DNA from: Chara braunii
Lineage: Eukaryota; Plantae; Charophyceae
NCBI GenBank assembly: GCA_003427395.1
Contig: BFEA01000028.1
Span: forward strand, 1,786,479-1,850,478
Length of the DNA stretch: 64,000 nucleotides
Reading direction: 5' to 3'
In this document: positions 38,216-50,232 of the stretch, piece after piece
How positions within the stretch are numbered: the stretch's first letter is position 1
How the letters are laid out: every line of letters starts with the position of its first letter
The notes under the pieces: model-generated
Databases searched by the model: none
Told to the model about the DNA's origin: nothing
The model's input: the letters and a program-made list of their open reading frames with translations, nothing else
Translations under genes and position numbers: made by a program

Positions 38216-41200
38216 AAACTTGTGCTGAAGTTTTCCTCCCAAGTTGAGGTATGCTGGTAGGAGAAATAATCGTGAAGGGAAAGATCATATGAGTGTACGA
38301 GGCAGGGGTCGGGTAAAGGATAACAATTAAAATGAGGCTTCGGCTGTGACTGAGAGCATTCCCTTGCTTGATCTCCAAGTCGGCCATTCCATCACCCATT
38401 ACTGTTTCCTTGTTATTTAACTTCGTTATTCTTTATATAATCTCATAAAGAAACCACTTCTCAAGTCAATTTGTTGACATAAAGCTCCTTATCCTATGGT
38501 CATTCGATGCTTTCAGGCAGAAATCACTTCTCAGATCCATTTGTTGACAAGAGGTTCATCATCCTATGAGTTGGATTCATCAAAGAATGACTCCCCCAAC
38601 ATAGCTTGCATGAATATGCAAACCTGGGAGCTCATCCATGTGCCATTCTATCTCAATGTTGATGTGGATAGTTCTAATAATTCCTCATGTAAGACCAGAT
38701 CAGTGTTCACACCAGCTCATTGATTAATCGGGAACACGGATTCATAATAATACCATAATGATAATAAAAAATGCCTGAAATGACAACCTGCCCAGACTTG
38801 ACAGATGAAGTGGTTAGGCATAAAAGCGTGTTTTTTTTTCCTATATATATATCTATACTCTTTATAAAGGGATACCCGGGTCTCGCATGGTGCCCCTTAT
38901 GACCCACGTCTCACTGTTTGGAGGGGTCGGGTGCTGGGAAAAAGGCGGGGACAAGGGGTACATCCAACGAAATGCAGTCTTCTTCTTCTTCTTCTTTTTT
39001 TATTTTTTTTAATTTTTTAACGTGCCACTACGTGTGCCAATAGTCTAATACAAGTATGTAGTAGTACGGCGAATCTACATAGTAGTACTAGGAGCGTGTT
39101 TGTTTCATCAGCCTCGACCACCTGCCTTTCGCCAGTTGTTTTTTGTCGTTTTTAAATCGATCAGATCGTCTTCTGGTTGCTCTCGCATGGTGGTCCTTTT
39201 TTTTTTGAAGGGGGGGGTCCTGTGGTGCCTGTTCTGATCACGCAGTGCTCTATTTCCCTTTGTTTCGATTCCAAAAACACGGCGCTGCATCTTCCCATAT
39301 TCTAGAGGGTGATCTGTTCTCATTAGCATTTCGTGAGTAGCGGGCCCGGGTCGCACTCCATGACTCTCCACAATATTGCAGTTTATCTTTCCATATTCTA
39401 CCGGAGGATTCTTTCTCAATTTGGACATTTCGTGAGTATCGGGACATGGGCCTCCCTCCACCCTTCTCCACATGTCCAAAGGCAAAAAATACGCCAGTGT
39501 ATCTTTCTTTTGTTTTTTCCTTTCCTTTATGAAAAAAGTCCAGTCTGTTATAGAGGCGGGCTACTAATCATATGACAGGCCCATCAGCACCTGACTATTT
39601 TTTATCATCCCCATGTATTGCCTAACCGGTCGCCTATGAGACACCCTCCCGCCCTCATTCGTCATCACAATCCCCGGCGCATCCCTACTCCCAGCGTCCT
39701 ACCTGAGTATACTGAGGATCATCACCCATTATAGTGATCTTTGACCGGGTAGCAGTTATAGCCTTCAGGGCTAAGCAGGTTTGCACCTCCCTCCCCAGCC
39801 CTCATTGGACCGTGTACCTTTCCGTATTCTGGAGGAGAATTCATTCTCTTTCTTTTGTGCATGCGGGGATTAGTGGAGCAAGGCTCTGTTCGCCGCACAT
39901 GTCGAGCAGAGTTTTTTTTTGCTTTTTTTTTCTTTTCATTTTGAAGTTCATTTCTGATTTGGATATCTGGTGCATAATGAGGTGCGGGTCTTGCCCCACG
40001 ACTTTCCACATGCACAATCCGCATGCACAACAGACAAAATACCGGGACCAAGTCCCACATACCCGAATTCTGGATTTCTGACCGTTGATTCTGAAAATCA
40101 ACGACCAGAAATGAAGAATTCATCCAAGTGGGATTTGCCCCCCGGTTGGTAAGTATCGGGGCCGAAGCCTCAGTCCCAACTCTCCAAATGCACAACTTGA
40201 ATAGATGCCACACCTCCTAAGGCTATATCATTTTTCACGCCCTGCCTACCGCTGCTCCTAAGACTATACAGGGAATCTGAAATTTATGATTCTTTTTTTT
40301 TTTTTTTTTTTTTTTTTTTTCTTTTGCACCCACCCCACGTGACATGGCCTGTCTTCGTTGTTTCATCTCCTCCCCGCATCTCGGCCGAGGCGAAGTCCTA
40401 CTTGTTTTCTTTACAAAAAGGAAGGTTGGTGTCATAGTTGAGAAAACAGCAGAGAAGCTAAAATGAGAGAGTACGCACGCTACACTCTTTCAATCGCAGA
40501 ATGCAAAATCGGCACTCAGATCGAGTTCTCCTTTCATCAGGACTTGATCTGGGAGCTACTCTTGCAGTTCTGCAATTATAACGGCCTACTATGGGTATGC
40601 CCTGATGCCTTTCGGGCCTGAGTGATTCCTGTGTAGGGCCACCGAAAACCCCTTTGTACTTGTTCTCACTGATAAATATCTGTAGCTGTCCCTGAGTTCC
40701 AGGTCTGGAGAGAGAAACCCTCCACCCGTCGATAGTGAAACCCATGTAGCTTTGCTGGCTTCTGCCTCATGAAGTTTCATAACCAGCCAATCTTCCTTTC
40801 CCGTTTCTTAGGCATATCCGCAATGCTGAGTTTGGGAATTTCTCCTCAATGGTAATACCGGCACCCGTCGTACTGGTGAGTATGCCTGTGCAGCATCGTT
40901 TCAGAAGACGGTCACATCAAGTGTCAGAGTTTTCATCAAGTGTCGGAGTTTGCCTCTTGTCACAGGCTTTTGGACTTGAGGGTCCTTCAGAAGGGGCGTT
41001 GGATGCTGGTGTCCAACCATCAACCGACGCAGTTTGTGCCCCATGTCCCGCGGATACAGTGCGTTTTTATCCCTGTTGCTGCATTCCTCTTGGGGGTCAT
41101 CCAGTAGGCCCTCATCTGCCATGTCCTCCTCTCCTCCACCTTCAAATTAGACTCCTAGTCATCTGACTTTTGAGATTCTTCTGATGACTGTGTCCTACCT

Positions 41201-41318
41201 TCTTGTCACCAAATCTGAAACGCAGTTGATTACCTGAGTGGACAGAGCAGCTATCTCAGTGTGGTTATCCTGAAAAGTTCTGAAAGATTCGACAGGTAAT
41301 TGAAATGGACAGGCTTAA

Positions 41319-41491
41319 GCCACCAGCACTTTGCCCGTACATCGGCCGCAGGGCCCTCCGCGACTCTCGAAGGCCGGCGGCGCGCTCTGGGCCGTTGATG
41401 CGATTTATCATCTGCCCAGAGGCCGCGAAAGTTGCGGGGCATTAACGACAACGCCCCGCGGCCGATGTAGGGGCCGAGTACTGATGGTGGT
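41319..41491. mobile_element. TTAA-family MITE, copy 1 of tandem stack
   Basis: TTAA|GCCACCAGCAC...TACATCGGCCGC ... GCGGCCGATGTA...GTACTGATGGTGGT|TTAA. Confidence 0.7.
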
Positions 41492-41495
41492 TTAA

Positions 41496-41697
41496 ACCAC
41501 CGGTACGCTTCCTAGCCAAAGAACAAAATATCCGGCAAGCATGCAGCAAAAACTTTCAGGGCTTCGCCTCTGGCGCTTGCGCTGTGCGCCAACATGGACG
41601 TATTTGGCTGGCGCCGCCAGTCATTTTGCCACTTACCTGAACTTCCGTGTTAACCGCCATGGTATTTTTTTTTCAAGCGGGGAAAGGTACTGGTGGT
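41496..41697. mobile_element. TTAA-family MITE, copy 2 of tandem stack (a third begins at 41702)
   Basis: TTAA|ACCACCGGTAC...GGTACTGGTGGT|TTGA|ACCACCATTAC. Confidence 0.7.
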
Positions 41698-42257
41698 TTG
41701 AACCACCATTACTTCCAAAAACCACTTTTGCCCGGCGCAGCGGACGCCCTGCATTTTTGGATGGCACTCCCAGGCATTTTGCTCTGGCCACCGACACGTG
41801 AAGGTTGCAGCATCATGCAAAGCGTGTTGGAGAAAAATGGCCAGGCTACATACTGATCGTTTGAGGCGATGTGACATCGGTAGCTTGGGCCAGTGCAATG
41901 TACAGTAAAAGATTTGAGGAGATGTGACAGAAACATTTCCTCGACCGGTGCTGGGACAGACAGCAAGGCCCCTTCCCCGAGGTCCGCATTGCTGCGGCTT
42001 GTTGTCCAAGTGCCATGTTGCGTGTCGACCTTTCCCTTGCCATGACGTTTGCCTTGTTGTACTTGCCTTGCCGCCGATTGGCTTGGTTGTTGTTTTATGT
42101 TCTTCTCTTTGTTTCATGAGCTCTTCCACTTGAACCTGCGGCGTTTATCTTCCTTCGAGCAGGAGTGTGACGGCTAGGGCTGTTTAGTTTGAATCATGCT
42201 GCTGTTGGAGGACTGATGCAGGCTTCACTATGACCTTCACAATGCGTGTGCCTTTAA

Positions 42258-42482
42258 ACCACCAGTACATTTCCCAACCGCTTTTTTAGAGACACGGTGT
42301 GCATGCTGCCGCATCGAGCGGCAAGTATCAGGGGCTGTTTCATGGCACACCCATCCAGGCAACACTGGTCGTATGCGAGGCTCTTTTAGCCTGGATGGAC
42401 GTCCGGCGAAACGGCATCCCAACCGATGTGGCAGCATGCATTCTGTGCCTCCGAAAAAATGGCTGGAAAACGTACTGGTGGT
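42258..42482. mobile_element. TTAA-family MITE
   Basis: TTAA|ACCACCAGTACATTTCCCAACCGCTTTTTT ... AAAAAATGGCTGGAAAACGTACTGGTGGT|TTAT. Confidence 0.75.
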
Positions 42483-42608
42483 TTATTTGTGCTGATGATT
42501 GCTTTGCCTACCTGTAACCAGTCTGCCAAGTCAGGATCTTTCTGTTGGTCGATGGTGTCTCTAGCATCCCCTAGTGCTGGTGTCTGCAACCGCTGGCTGT
42601 CAAACTCC

Positions 42609-42679
42609 GATCACGTGGTGGCTAAGGGTTGATTGTCCTAAGTGGTCGGGACTGAGGAGGCCTGACAGAGTGCAAGAAA

Positions 42680-42723
<44 letters not shown>

Positions 42724-42940
42724 GTGACTTGACAACAAGATGGTGACAGGGTGAGGTCTTGTGAGCAGAAAAAGAAGAAATAGATCACGTGGTGGCTAAG
42801 GGTTGATTGTCCTAAGTGGTCGGGACTGAGGAGGCCTGACAGAGTGCAAAGGGGGGCTGAGGGGGGCGGGAGGGGGGGCAGGTGACTTGACAACAAGATG
42901 GTGGCAGGGTGAGGTCTTGTGAGCAGAAAAAAAAAGAAAA
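42609..42940. repeat. ~175-bp tandem duplication containing a poly-G tract
   Basis: gatcacgtggtggctaagggttgattgtcctaagtgg...gtgagcagaaaaa occurs at 42609 and 42783. Confidence 0.9.
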
Positions 42941-43291
42941 AGATTCCTTTCCCGATTTTCTCCCAATACAATGACGGCATCGTTTTGTACGGGAAAGTAG
43001 CATTAGGGGAGAGGAGTTTCATCACAACCCAATCTGTCAGTTCTTCCGGCAGGTCTATCACTTTCCTGTCAGAGATCTTCAACAGCTGCTCCGCACTGCA
43101 CTGCTTCGGGACGGTCACTGCACTGCCCCATGGGTTCTCGTCTTTGCTTTATTTATTTTTTTTTTTTTTTAACACGTCTGTCAGATACCTGCTAGCTATA
43201 ATCTATATCTATATCTATACATAGATATAGTTTCATTTCTATTTACAAGAGAATTATTGCTACTTTTGTGATGCTATTTATTCTTGTATTT

Positions 43292-43324
<33 letters not shown>

Positions 43325-43343
43325 AAAATAAAAAATAATAATA

Positions 43344-43385
<42 letters not shown>

Positions 43386-45129
43386 GATTATTATTCATTT
43401 CATTGATCAATTTTAAAACACAACTATGCCCAAGTGTCGAAGAGCATCCGAAAAAACTGCACTACATGTTCTAACTTCTAAAGATATTTGTGCAGGGGCC
43501 TTGACACCGCCTTGTGGTATTTATATAATTTCTGTTTTGTACCGGCTGTTCACACGTCAACCGACAGCGTATGAGGTAGGCCAGCAAATGCTCACAGACA
43601 CCGTACTGAAGCTGGCTTTTGCTGACAACATATTTGCACTGATTGAGATGCGTTTTTCTTTTTCTTCTTTTCCCACCCTCTATTTCCCCCTTTTTCGGAA
43701 AAGGCATACGCCCTAGCATTATTGTGCCCAACAGGACTTGAATACCTGACCTGCTTCTCAACAGTTTGGAACCATTTAGTCGCCCGGCAGACAGTGGGAA
43801 GGAAATGCATATCAGTTTGTCCTCTGTGTTCTCCTCATTTCAATGCCTTGTCATCACGACTGCATTGAGCAACGATAGAAAGCCAGTAGTTTACATTCAT
43901 GTGTGACAGAGCGTACTGTATTCGGTGAGGCATAGGATCATTTTTCCCCTGCTATGTTTGGTGGAACATGGTGTCTCTTTTTTGCTGCTTGCCACCAATA
44001 GACAAGGTATTATGTGCAGTGGAAAATGGTCGCTTTTATGGGGGAAAAAGAAGAATCTCCTTTGCTCTAGCTCAGGGACGGGGCTAGCAGTTTAAAAGGG
44101 GTAGTCAGTTCATAGCCGGCTTCCAGTCAAGATGCTCAGATTGGATATAACCTCATTAATCCTCCAGGGTACAGGGCAGAGACCCATATAAAAGGCACTA
44201 CGGAGTCTGACGGGCAGTTAATCCCCTCGTGTGACAGGGCAGTCAATGCTGCTATGCACTTGCATGCCTACAAAAGCTCCCCTCTTCCATGTAAAATGGG
44301 ACACCGGACCCAATTTCCAGCACAAGCAGCTGCCCACCAATAGATTGGACCTGTCAACACAGGACGTATACTGTTGGGGCTTGCTCTTACCGCCACCAAC
44401 AGTTGGCCTCGAGAAGACGTTACAAAAAAAAAAAAAAAAAAAAAAGAAAAGGAAAAAACATTTCCGGAGCCACTTGGAGGGGAGAGACTGGTTTATGGAG
44501 GGGATCACAGTGAATATTCCATCCGCTATTCTCCAATTCGCAGACGCAAACTGTATTTGAACTGACAGCAGCAGCCACCTGGAACGGGAAGGTTGATGTG
44601 TTTTGATGGGCTGTGATAACAGATGAATATTCCATCCACTATGCATGGCACCCTGAAAAAAGTCAGGCTCTGACCCAGCAGGTGTTACTCGTTCTTTTTT
44701 TTTTTTTTTTTAAGAAATGAGAGTAGAGGCATATGTAAAAAAAAAAAAAAAAGGAGAAAGTTGCACATATATATCTGGGAAGATTTTTATGCCCGGCCGG
44801 GCACCCGGGCGCGACACCCGGGGTACCCGGCCTTTCAAAAAAGAAAAAAATGTCCCCCCCCCCCCACTCTTCTGCGCTTTCCCAGAGGACCCCAAAACCG
44901 GGCTCATTTCGTTTTTTGAGAGCTGGCTGTCAAGGGGGGTGAGGAGGGTATAAATTCGTTTTAAATGGGCTAAAGGGGTTTGAAGGGGGGTGCCTTGGTG
45001 TGATTCTGTGATTTCCTTTTTTTTTATCTCCGATTCCGTGAGGAATTCTGATGTGACCCTCAGCTGAATATATCAAAACAGTTTGCCTTGCCGAGCCCCC
45101 TGTGGCTGAATGTTGCACCTGTTCATTAA

Positions 45130-45930
45130 ACCACCAGTACCTCGCCGAGATATGCAGTCCGACCCTCAGACGACCGGTATGCCGAGCCTACCGAGCCTGG
45201 AGGTACCAGTCGCAGGACAGGCCGAGCCTGGAAGAACCAGTGGATAAAGAAAAAAAGAAAGAAAGCAACGACACAAGGGCCGTTATTGCTGTTCTATTCA
45301 TTCTCCAAAGTGCTGATGTGAGCATGCCCTCAAAGAGATGTCTCAGCCCCGTCGCGTCTTTGTTAGAATGGAGAACAGAAAAAAAAGAAGGAAAAAAAAC
45401 AACACAAGGCTTTCGCCCTGGTTGCGGTTGGATACATTGTTGGAAGTGCCAGTGCCAGTATGGCCGTTCGAGAACATAACGGAAACCGCCCTGCCTCGGT
45501 GGCAGGGGACTTCTAGAAAAGGACAAGAACCAAAAAAAAAAAAGAATACAACTTTGTGAATCATCCCCTACATATCAGTTACATCCATTGTAGAATGGAA
45601 GTGCCAGTGCCAGTATGCCCGATCGAGAACATCACAGAGGGGACTTCTAAAAAAGGAGAACCAAAAAAAGAAAGAAAACAACTTCATGAATCTATCCCGA
45701 CATATTAGTTACATCCATTCTTGGTAGAGGGGATTAGTAGCACTGCCTCGTTGCCAATGTTCCCCAACATCATAGCAGTACGTGAAGCAGGATTTTTTTA
45801 TTTTTTTTTTTCCCTGCACCTTTTTACAGATGAAATGCAGCGACCGGTTACTCACTGCTGCGACCTCCGTCCGACGCGGTGTGTTAACAGGCCGCGTCGA
45901 AGAAAATTAGCTGGGCGAGGTACTGCTGGT
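45130..45930. mobile_element. TTAA-family non-autonomous element, 801 bp
   Basis: TTAA|ACCACCAGTACCTCGCCGAGATA ... TAGCTGGGCGAGGTACTGCTGGT|TTAA. TIRs match at 20/23 positions, with TTAA on both sides. Confidence 0.85.
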
Positions 45931-46692
45931 TTAACAGTTAACAATCAGGTCATGAATTTGAATCCTGCCGAAATTACACACATACAACAAGGTTAGGAGC
46001 GACCCCCTTCTGACAAAACCAAAAAAAATGGCACCTTTTTCGATCCAGGTCTCCTCACACGAACTCCCTTGAATATATTTGGCTACAGTCCCCAGAGCAC
46101 TAAGGTGCGTGTGTCCTGAGTGTGTTATCATTTTCTTGCAAAGTTCCCTCGGCTAAAGAGTAGTGGGTGGGTTCCTTCGCACTTTCCGTCTTGCTTCGGG
46201 ATCACTGGCAGCATCCAATCCACGGGGTGGTAGCCTGCTTCTTTTTCAAAAACAGTTATTTAAAATGACGCACTCTTCTGTGGTGCCCCATGGCAGCCCC
46301 AGAGGGGGTCCCAACTCCCACCCCTCGTAATTTTTTTAACTCGAGAAAAGTTTCCCTACGTCCTGCCCATGTGGAACCCCTCATATTTCTTCGCTTGTCC
46401 TGCCCATGTGGCTGAAAGTCCCCCTAGATCCTGCCCCGGAGGGGGTCCCGAGTCCCACTCCTCATATTTCCTCACTCCCCTGCCCAGAGTTCGCAACTGG
46501 GATTTTTAGGAATACCTGTACCTCGACTCCTGCCCATGCGGCCGAATAGCCTCAACACTGCCCACCGTGTGATTGTTAGTGCACGGATCATGAGTTCAAA
46601 TCCACTGGAACTCCACCAGTGTACGCACCCCCCCCTTCTGAGTCTAGCCTCATGTCCTCAGTTCGGGTCAGGTTATACGATGGCTAGACTCA

Positions 46693-46912
46693 GAGCGTGT
46701 TTGTTTCATCAGCCTCAGCCCGGCTGCTAGCCCACGCCGGGCCACTTCTTCAGATAACTCAAGTCCTCAGTTCGAGTCAGGTTATACCACAGCTCAACTC
46801 GTCTGAGCTTTCTTATCGAAGTTGTTCAGCCCAGGGACTCACCTGACTGGGCTTCGAACCCAGCACCTACTAGCTGAAGCCCACACGTGCACCCATATGA
46901 GCTAGTTCTTGG
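46693..46912 (-). mobile_element. tRNA-derived SINE-like element (~220 bp)
   Basis: Minus-strand A box TAGCTCATATGG (46904-46893) and B box GGTTCGAAGCCC (46860-46849). The putative 3' 24 bp are identical to 39092-39115. Confidence 0.55.
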
Positions 46913-47538
46913 GGATGGATCCTACCTTTCTTGTCTCCTGAATAGAGTACAGGTTATTATGTCTGTTTTGGGTAGAATGTACTAATGCAGGTTATTATGT
47001 CTGTAATGAGGGTAATTTCCAACTCAGATACAGATTTGATGACAACATGTCTAGTTTCTGAGGAACACCTCGCACGTATGAGACAATTCCTGGTGAACCA
47101 TCCAATAGAGCAATGGATAAGTGTGTTACATGCACGGGACACACATCAGAGATTCCGTACATAGATGTTGGGTTCAATGCCCACTCCCTCATCTCATGCC
47201 GGAGAGATGCAGCTCGTGGCTCATTGACCAAGGGGACAGCTCAGTTTTGTATCTGTTCTGTAGACCCCCCTTGTGGGCCGGTTCTATACTGGTAGTTCCC
47301 ACGATCACAACTTTAATTGAATTGTATACAGGGCTTGACCAACCCTGGTGACCACTCTTCTAGGTATAGGGAGCCGGAGCACAAGTTGTTCGGGAGAGTG
47401 GGGTGAGGCGGGAGGAGTGATGGACTAGACAGGTTGGTCGGCCCTGGGGTGCTTGGGGCAGATCAATAGCCGCATCAGAATAAAATAGCTTGGAAAGGAA
47501 CTGGCGGTGAAAAAAAAACAGAAGAAAAAAAGCAAACA

Positions 47539-49417
47539 CCTGAGTACGGATCCGGGCCGCCCGGCCGACCGGCGCCTGCCCGGGGTAGGTCCCGGGCGGC
47601 CCGGTTGGGGGCCGGCCCCCCCCAGCACACTCACCTGTAGGGGGGTTTCAGACCCCGAATGGACTTGTTTCTGCGTTGCCAGTGCCTACCGGGTCCGACC
47701 ACGCCCAGAAAACGGCGCGTCGGGCCCGTGAGGCCTGCTTTTTTTTTTCGAATTTTGGAAGGCCCTCCAGCCGTCGATCATCCATGATCGACGGCCAGAG
47801 GGCCGTTCGTTTTTGGAGGGAAACAGGACGCCCCGTTTGAACAAGCGAGTGGCTTGGGCGGTCTGCATTGGGTTTCCAAACGGGGCCCCTGCTCCAGCCG
47901 CCGCGTTTCGACCACACGGAGTCCGTCTTCCAAGCAGCTGCCTGTCGTCGAAGCAGCTGCCTGTCGTCGAAGCAGCTGCCCGTCGTCGCCCGTCGCCCGT
48001 CGTCGAAGCTGCCGCCTGCCGTCGCCATCGGCTGGGACTGCCGTCGCCCGTCGTCGAAGCTGCTGCCTGCACTGCCGCCCGTCATCGACGACTGACGGTC
48101 TCTTCTTCTTCTTCTTCTTCTTCTTCTTCTTCTTCTTCTTCCCTCCTCCTCCTCCTCCTCTTATTCTTCTGCTTCTTCTTCTCTCCTCCTCGTCCTCCCC
48201 CTCTTCTTCATCTCTCGTCGTCCTCCTCCCCCTCATCTTCTTCTTCTTATGGTTCTCTCCTCCTCCTCCTCTCTATCTTCTTTTTGAGAAGTTTTTTTTT
48301 TTTTTTTTTACATTCGTTCCTGATAGGTCGCGAGATAAAAGGCAGGTAAGACAAAAAAAAAAAACTGCTCCGCTCGTCATCTTCTTCTTCTTCTTCTTCT
48401 TCTTCTTCTTCTTCTTCTTCTTCTTCTCTCCTCCACCGCCTCCCCCTCTTCTTCTTCTNNNNNNNNNNNNNNNNNNNNNNNNNNNNNNNNNNNNNNNNNN
48501 NNNNNNNNNNNNNNNNNNNNNNNNNNNNNNNNNNNNNNNNNNNNNNNNNNNNNNNNNNNNNNNNNNNNNNNNNNNNNNNNNNNNNNNNNNNNNNNNNNNN
48601 NNNNNNNNNNNNNNNNNNNNNNNNNNNNNNNNNNNNNNNNNNNNNNNNNNNNNNNNNNNNNNNNNNNNNNNNNNNNNNNNNNNNNNNNNNNNNNNNNNNN
48701 NNNNNNNNNNNNNNNNNNNNNNNCTTCTTCTTCTTCTTCTTCTTCTTCTTCTTCTTGTAGGACCGCCGCCACAGCCCGTCGCCATACCCCGCCAGCACAC
48801 CATACCGCCCTGCCGCCGCCGCCATCTTCTCCATCGTATTGCAGGTCGCCTGAGGCGCGGCAGGTTTAAAAAAAATAAAAATAAAAAAATCTTCATCTTC
48901 TTCTTTTCTCCTTCGCCTCCCCCTCATCTTCTTCTCCTTCCTCATCTCTCCTCCTCCCTTCTTCTTCTTCTTCTTCTTCTTTTCTTCTCCGCCTCCCCCT
49001 CGTCTGCTTCTCCTTCATCTTCTCTCCTCCTCCTCCTCTTCCGCCCATCTTCTTCTTCTTCTTCTTCTTCTTCTTCTCTCGTCCTCCGCCTCCCCCCCAT
49101 CTTCTTCTTCCTGTTATAACACGGAGACATCGCAGACACCCCAACCTAGTATATACTCGGTATCACACATGCAGCAAAACAGCAGGCAACATACATGCAG
49201 AGTCCCCAACACCCATAACCCCCCCCTCACACCAGACAACCAAAACCAAAACCGAAATCAAAATTTTATTGCAGATTCGGGGTCCTCTCGCCGAGCACAG
49301 TAGGACCCCGCCCTCAAAAAAAATAAAATAAAAAATTCTGGGCTGTTTTTTGGCCCGCCCGGTTTGACCGGGCGACCTGCCCGGGCCCCACCCGGCCGGG
49401 CGGCGTCCGTACTCAGG
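47539..49417. mobile_element. TIR-bounded non-autonomous element with GC-rich subterminal motifs and (CTT)n/(CCT)n interior (N gap 48459-48723)
   Basis: CCTGAGTACGGA...gccgcccggccg on the left and cggccgggcggc...TCCGTACTCAGG on the right. TSD and superfamily unresolved. Confidence 0.6.
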
Positions 49418-49816
49418 GAAACACCAAAAAGAGGCTCTTGCCCTACGAGATTGTCCAGCGGCAAGCATATAATCGAGCATTGGAAGAAAAGGGGCTCAGA
49501 CATACTGGTGTACGAGCTTCCTTGCTCATATATTGGGCCTCTCCACTACACAACACTGAACAGTGAACATGCGTTTGGATGGTTTTTTGAACTTTTCTCT
49601 GTACCAGGTGCATTACGACAAGTCCAACTTTTTTAATGAATTGGGTTCATAAAGCATTTAACTGCATGTAGAGTGTTGTGCGGTGGAGCGAGGCCCATCG
49701 TTTGGCCCCAGATTTCCATAATTCCGCAAAGTCCAAACCAAATGAAACAGTTTCAGAATATGGATTGCCTTCGACTTTTTCACTTTGACTTAATAGCCAG
49801 ACACCTTCCATTCTGA

Positions 49817-49953
49817 GAGCATGCTCACACCAGGCCCTCGAAATCATGGAATCCCAAAACCAGCGGCCAGACTGTGTCCCTGCAAGAGATGGACATCATC
49901 TGGCCTCTCATTTTGTGGTTCTGCAATTTCGAGGGCCTAGTGTGAGTATACTC
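49817..49953. mobile_element. PIF/Harbinger (Tourist-like) foldback MITE
   Basis: TGA|GAGCATGCTCACACCAGGCCCTCGAAAT...ATTTCGAGGGCCTAGTGTGAGTATACTC|TGA. 3-bp TSD and a nearly full-length hairpin. Confidence 0.75.
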
Positions 49954-50075
49954 TGAGATGCAGTAGCGCCGTTCCTTTTCCACCCGCAAGTCAGTCTGTG
50001 TGCATGAAAGCGCACATCTCCCTCCCATTGCAATTGCAATTGGAGAACTGCGGCTTTCATCAGCATTGACTACCT

Positions 50076-50232
50076 GTAAACTCCTCAAACGAGGATCCAT
50101 TGGAGGGCAAGTCCGGTGCCAGCACCCGCGGTAATTCCAGCTCCAATAGCGAACATTTAAGTTGTTGCAGTTCAAAAGCTTGTAGTTGGATTGTGTATGG
50201 GACTGGTCGGTCCGCTCTTGCGGGCGTGTACT
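50076..50232 (+). pseudogene. 18S rRNA fragment (530 loop to start of V4), degenerate
   Basis: aacgaggatccattggagggcaagtccggtgccagcacccgcggtaattccagctccaatagcgaacatttaagttgttgcagttcaaaagcttgtagttggat matches the universal SSU segment with scattered substitutions. The tttaagttgttgcag form is plant/green-alga-like. Confidence 0.92.

Noticed and set aside
42950-43118. F-box-like motif (IDLPEELTDWVVMKLL)
   Set aside because: There is no ATG or credible splice sites, the frame runs into a poly-C duplication, and the motif is too short to support.
46693-46756. Hammerhead-like CTGAAGA-hairpin-GAAAC on the minus strand
   Set aside because: GAAA does not follow stem II directly, and stems I and III cannot be formed.
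47648-49144. ORFs up to 421 aa
   Set aside because: Low-complexity (CTT)n/(CCT)n sequence and an N gap; not coding.
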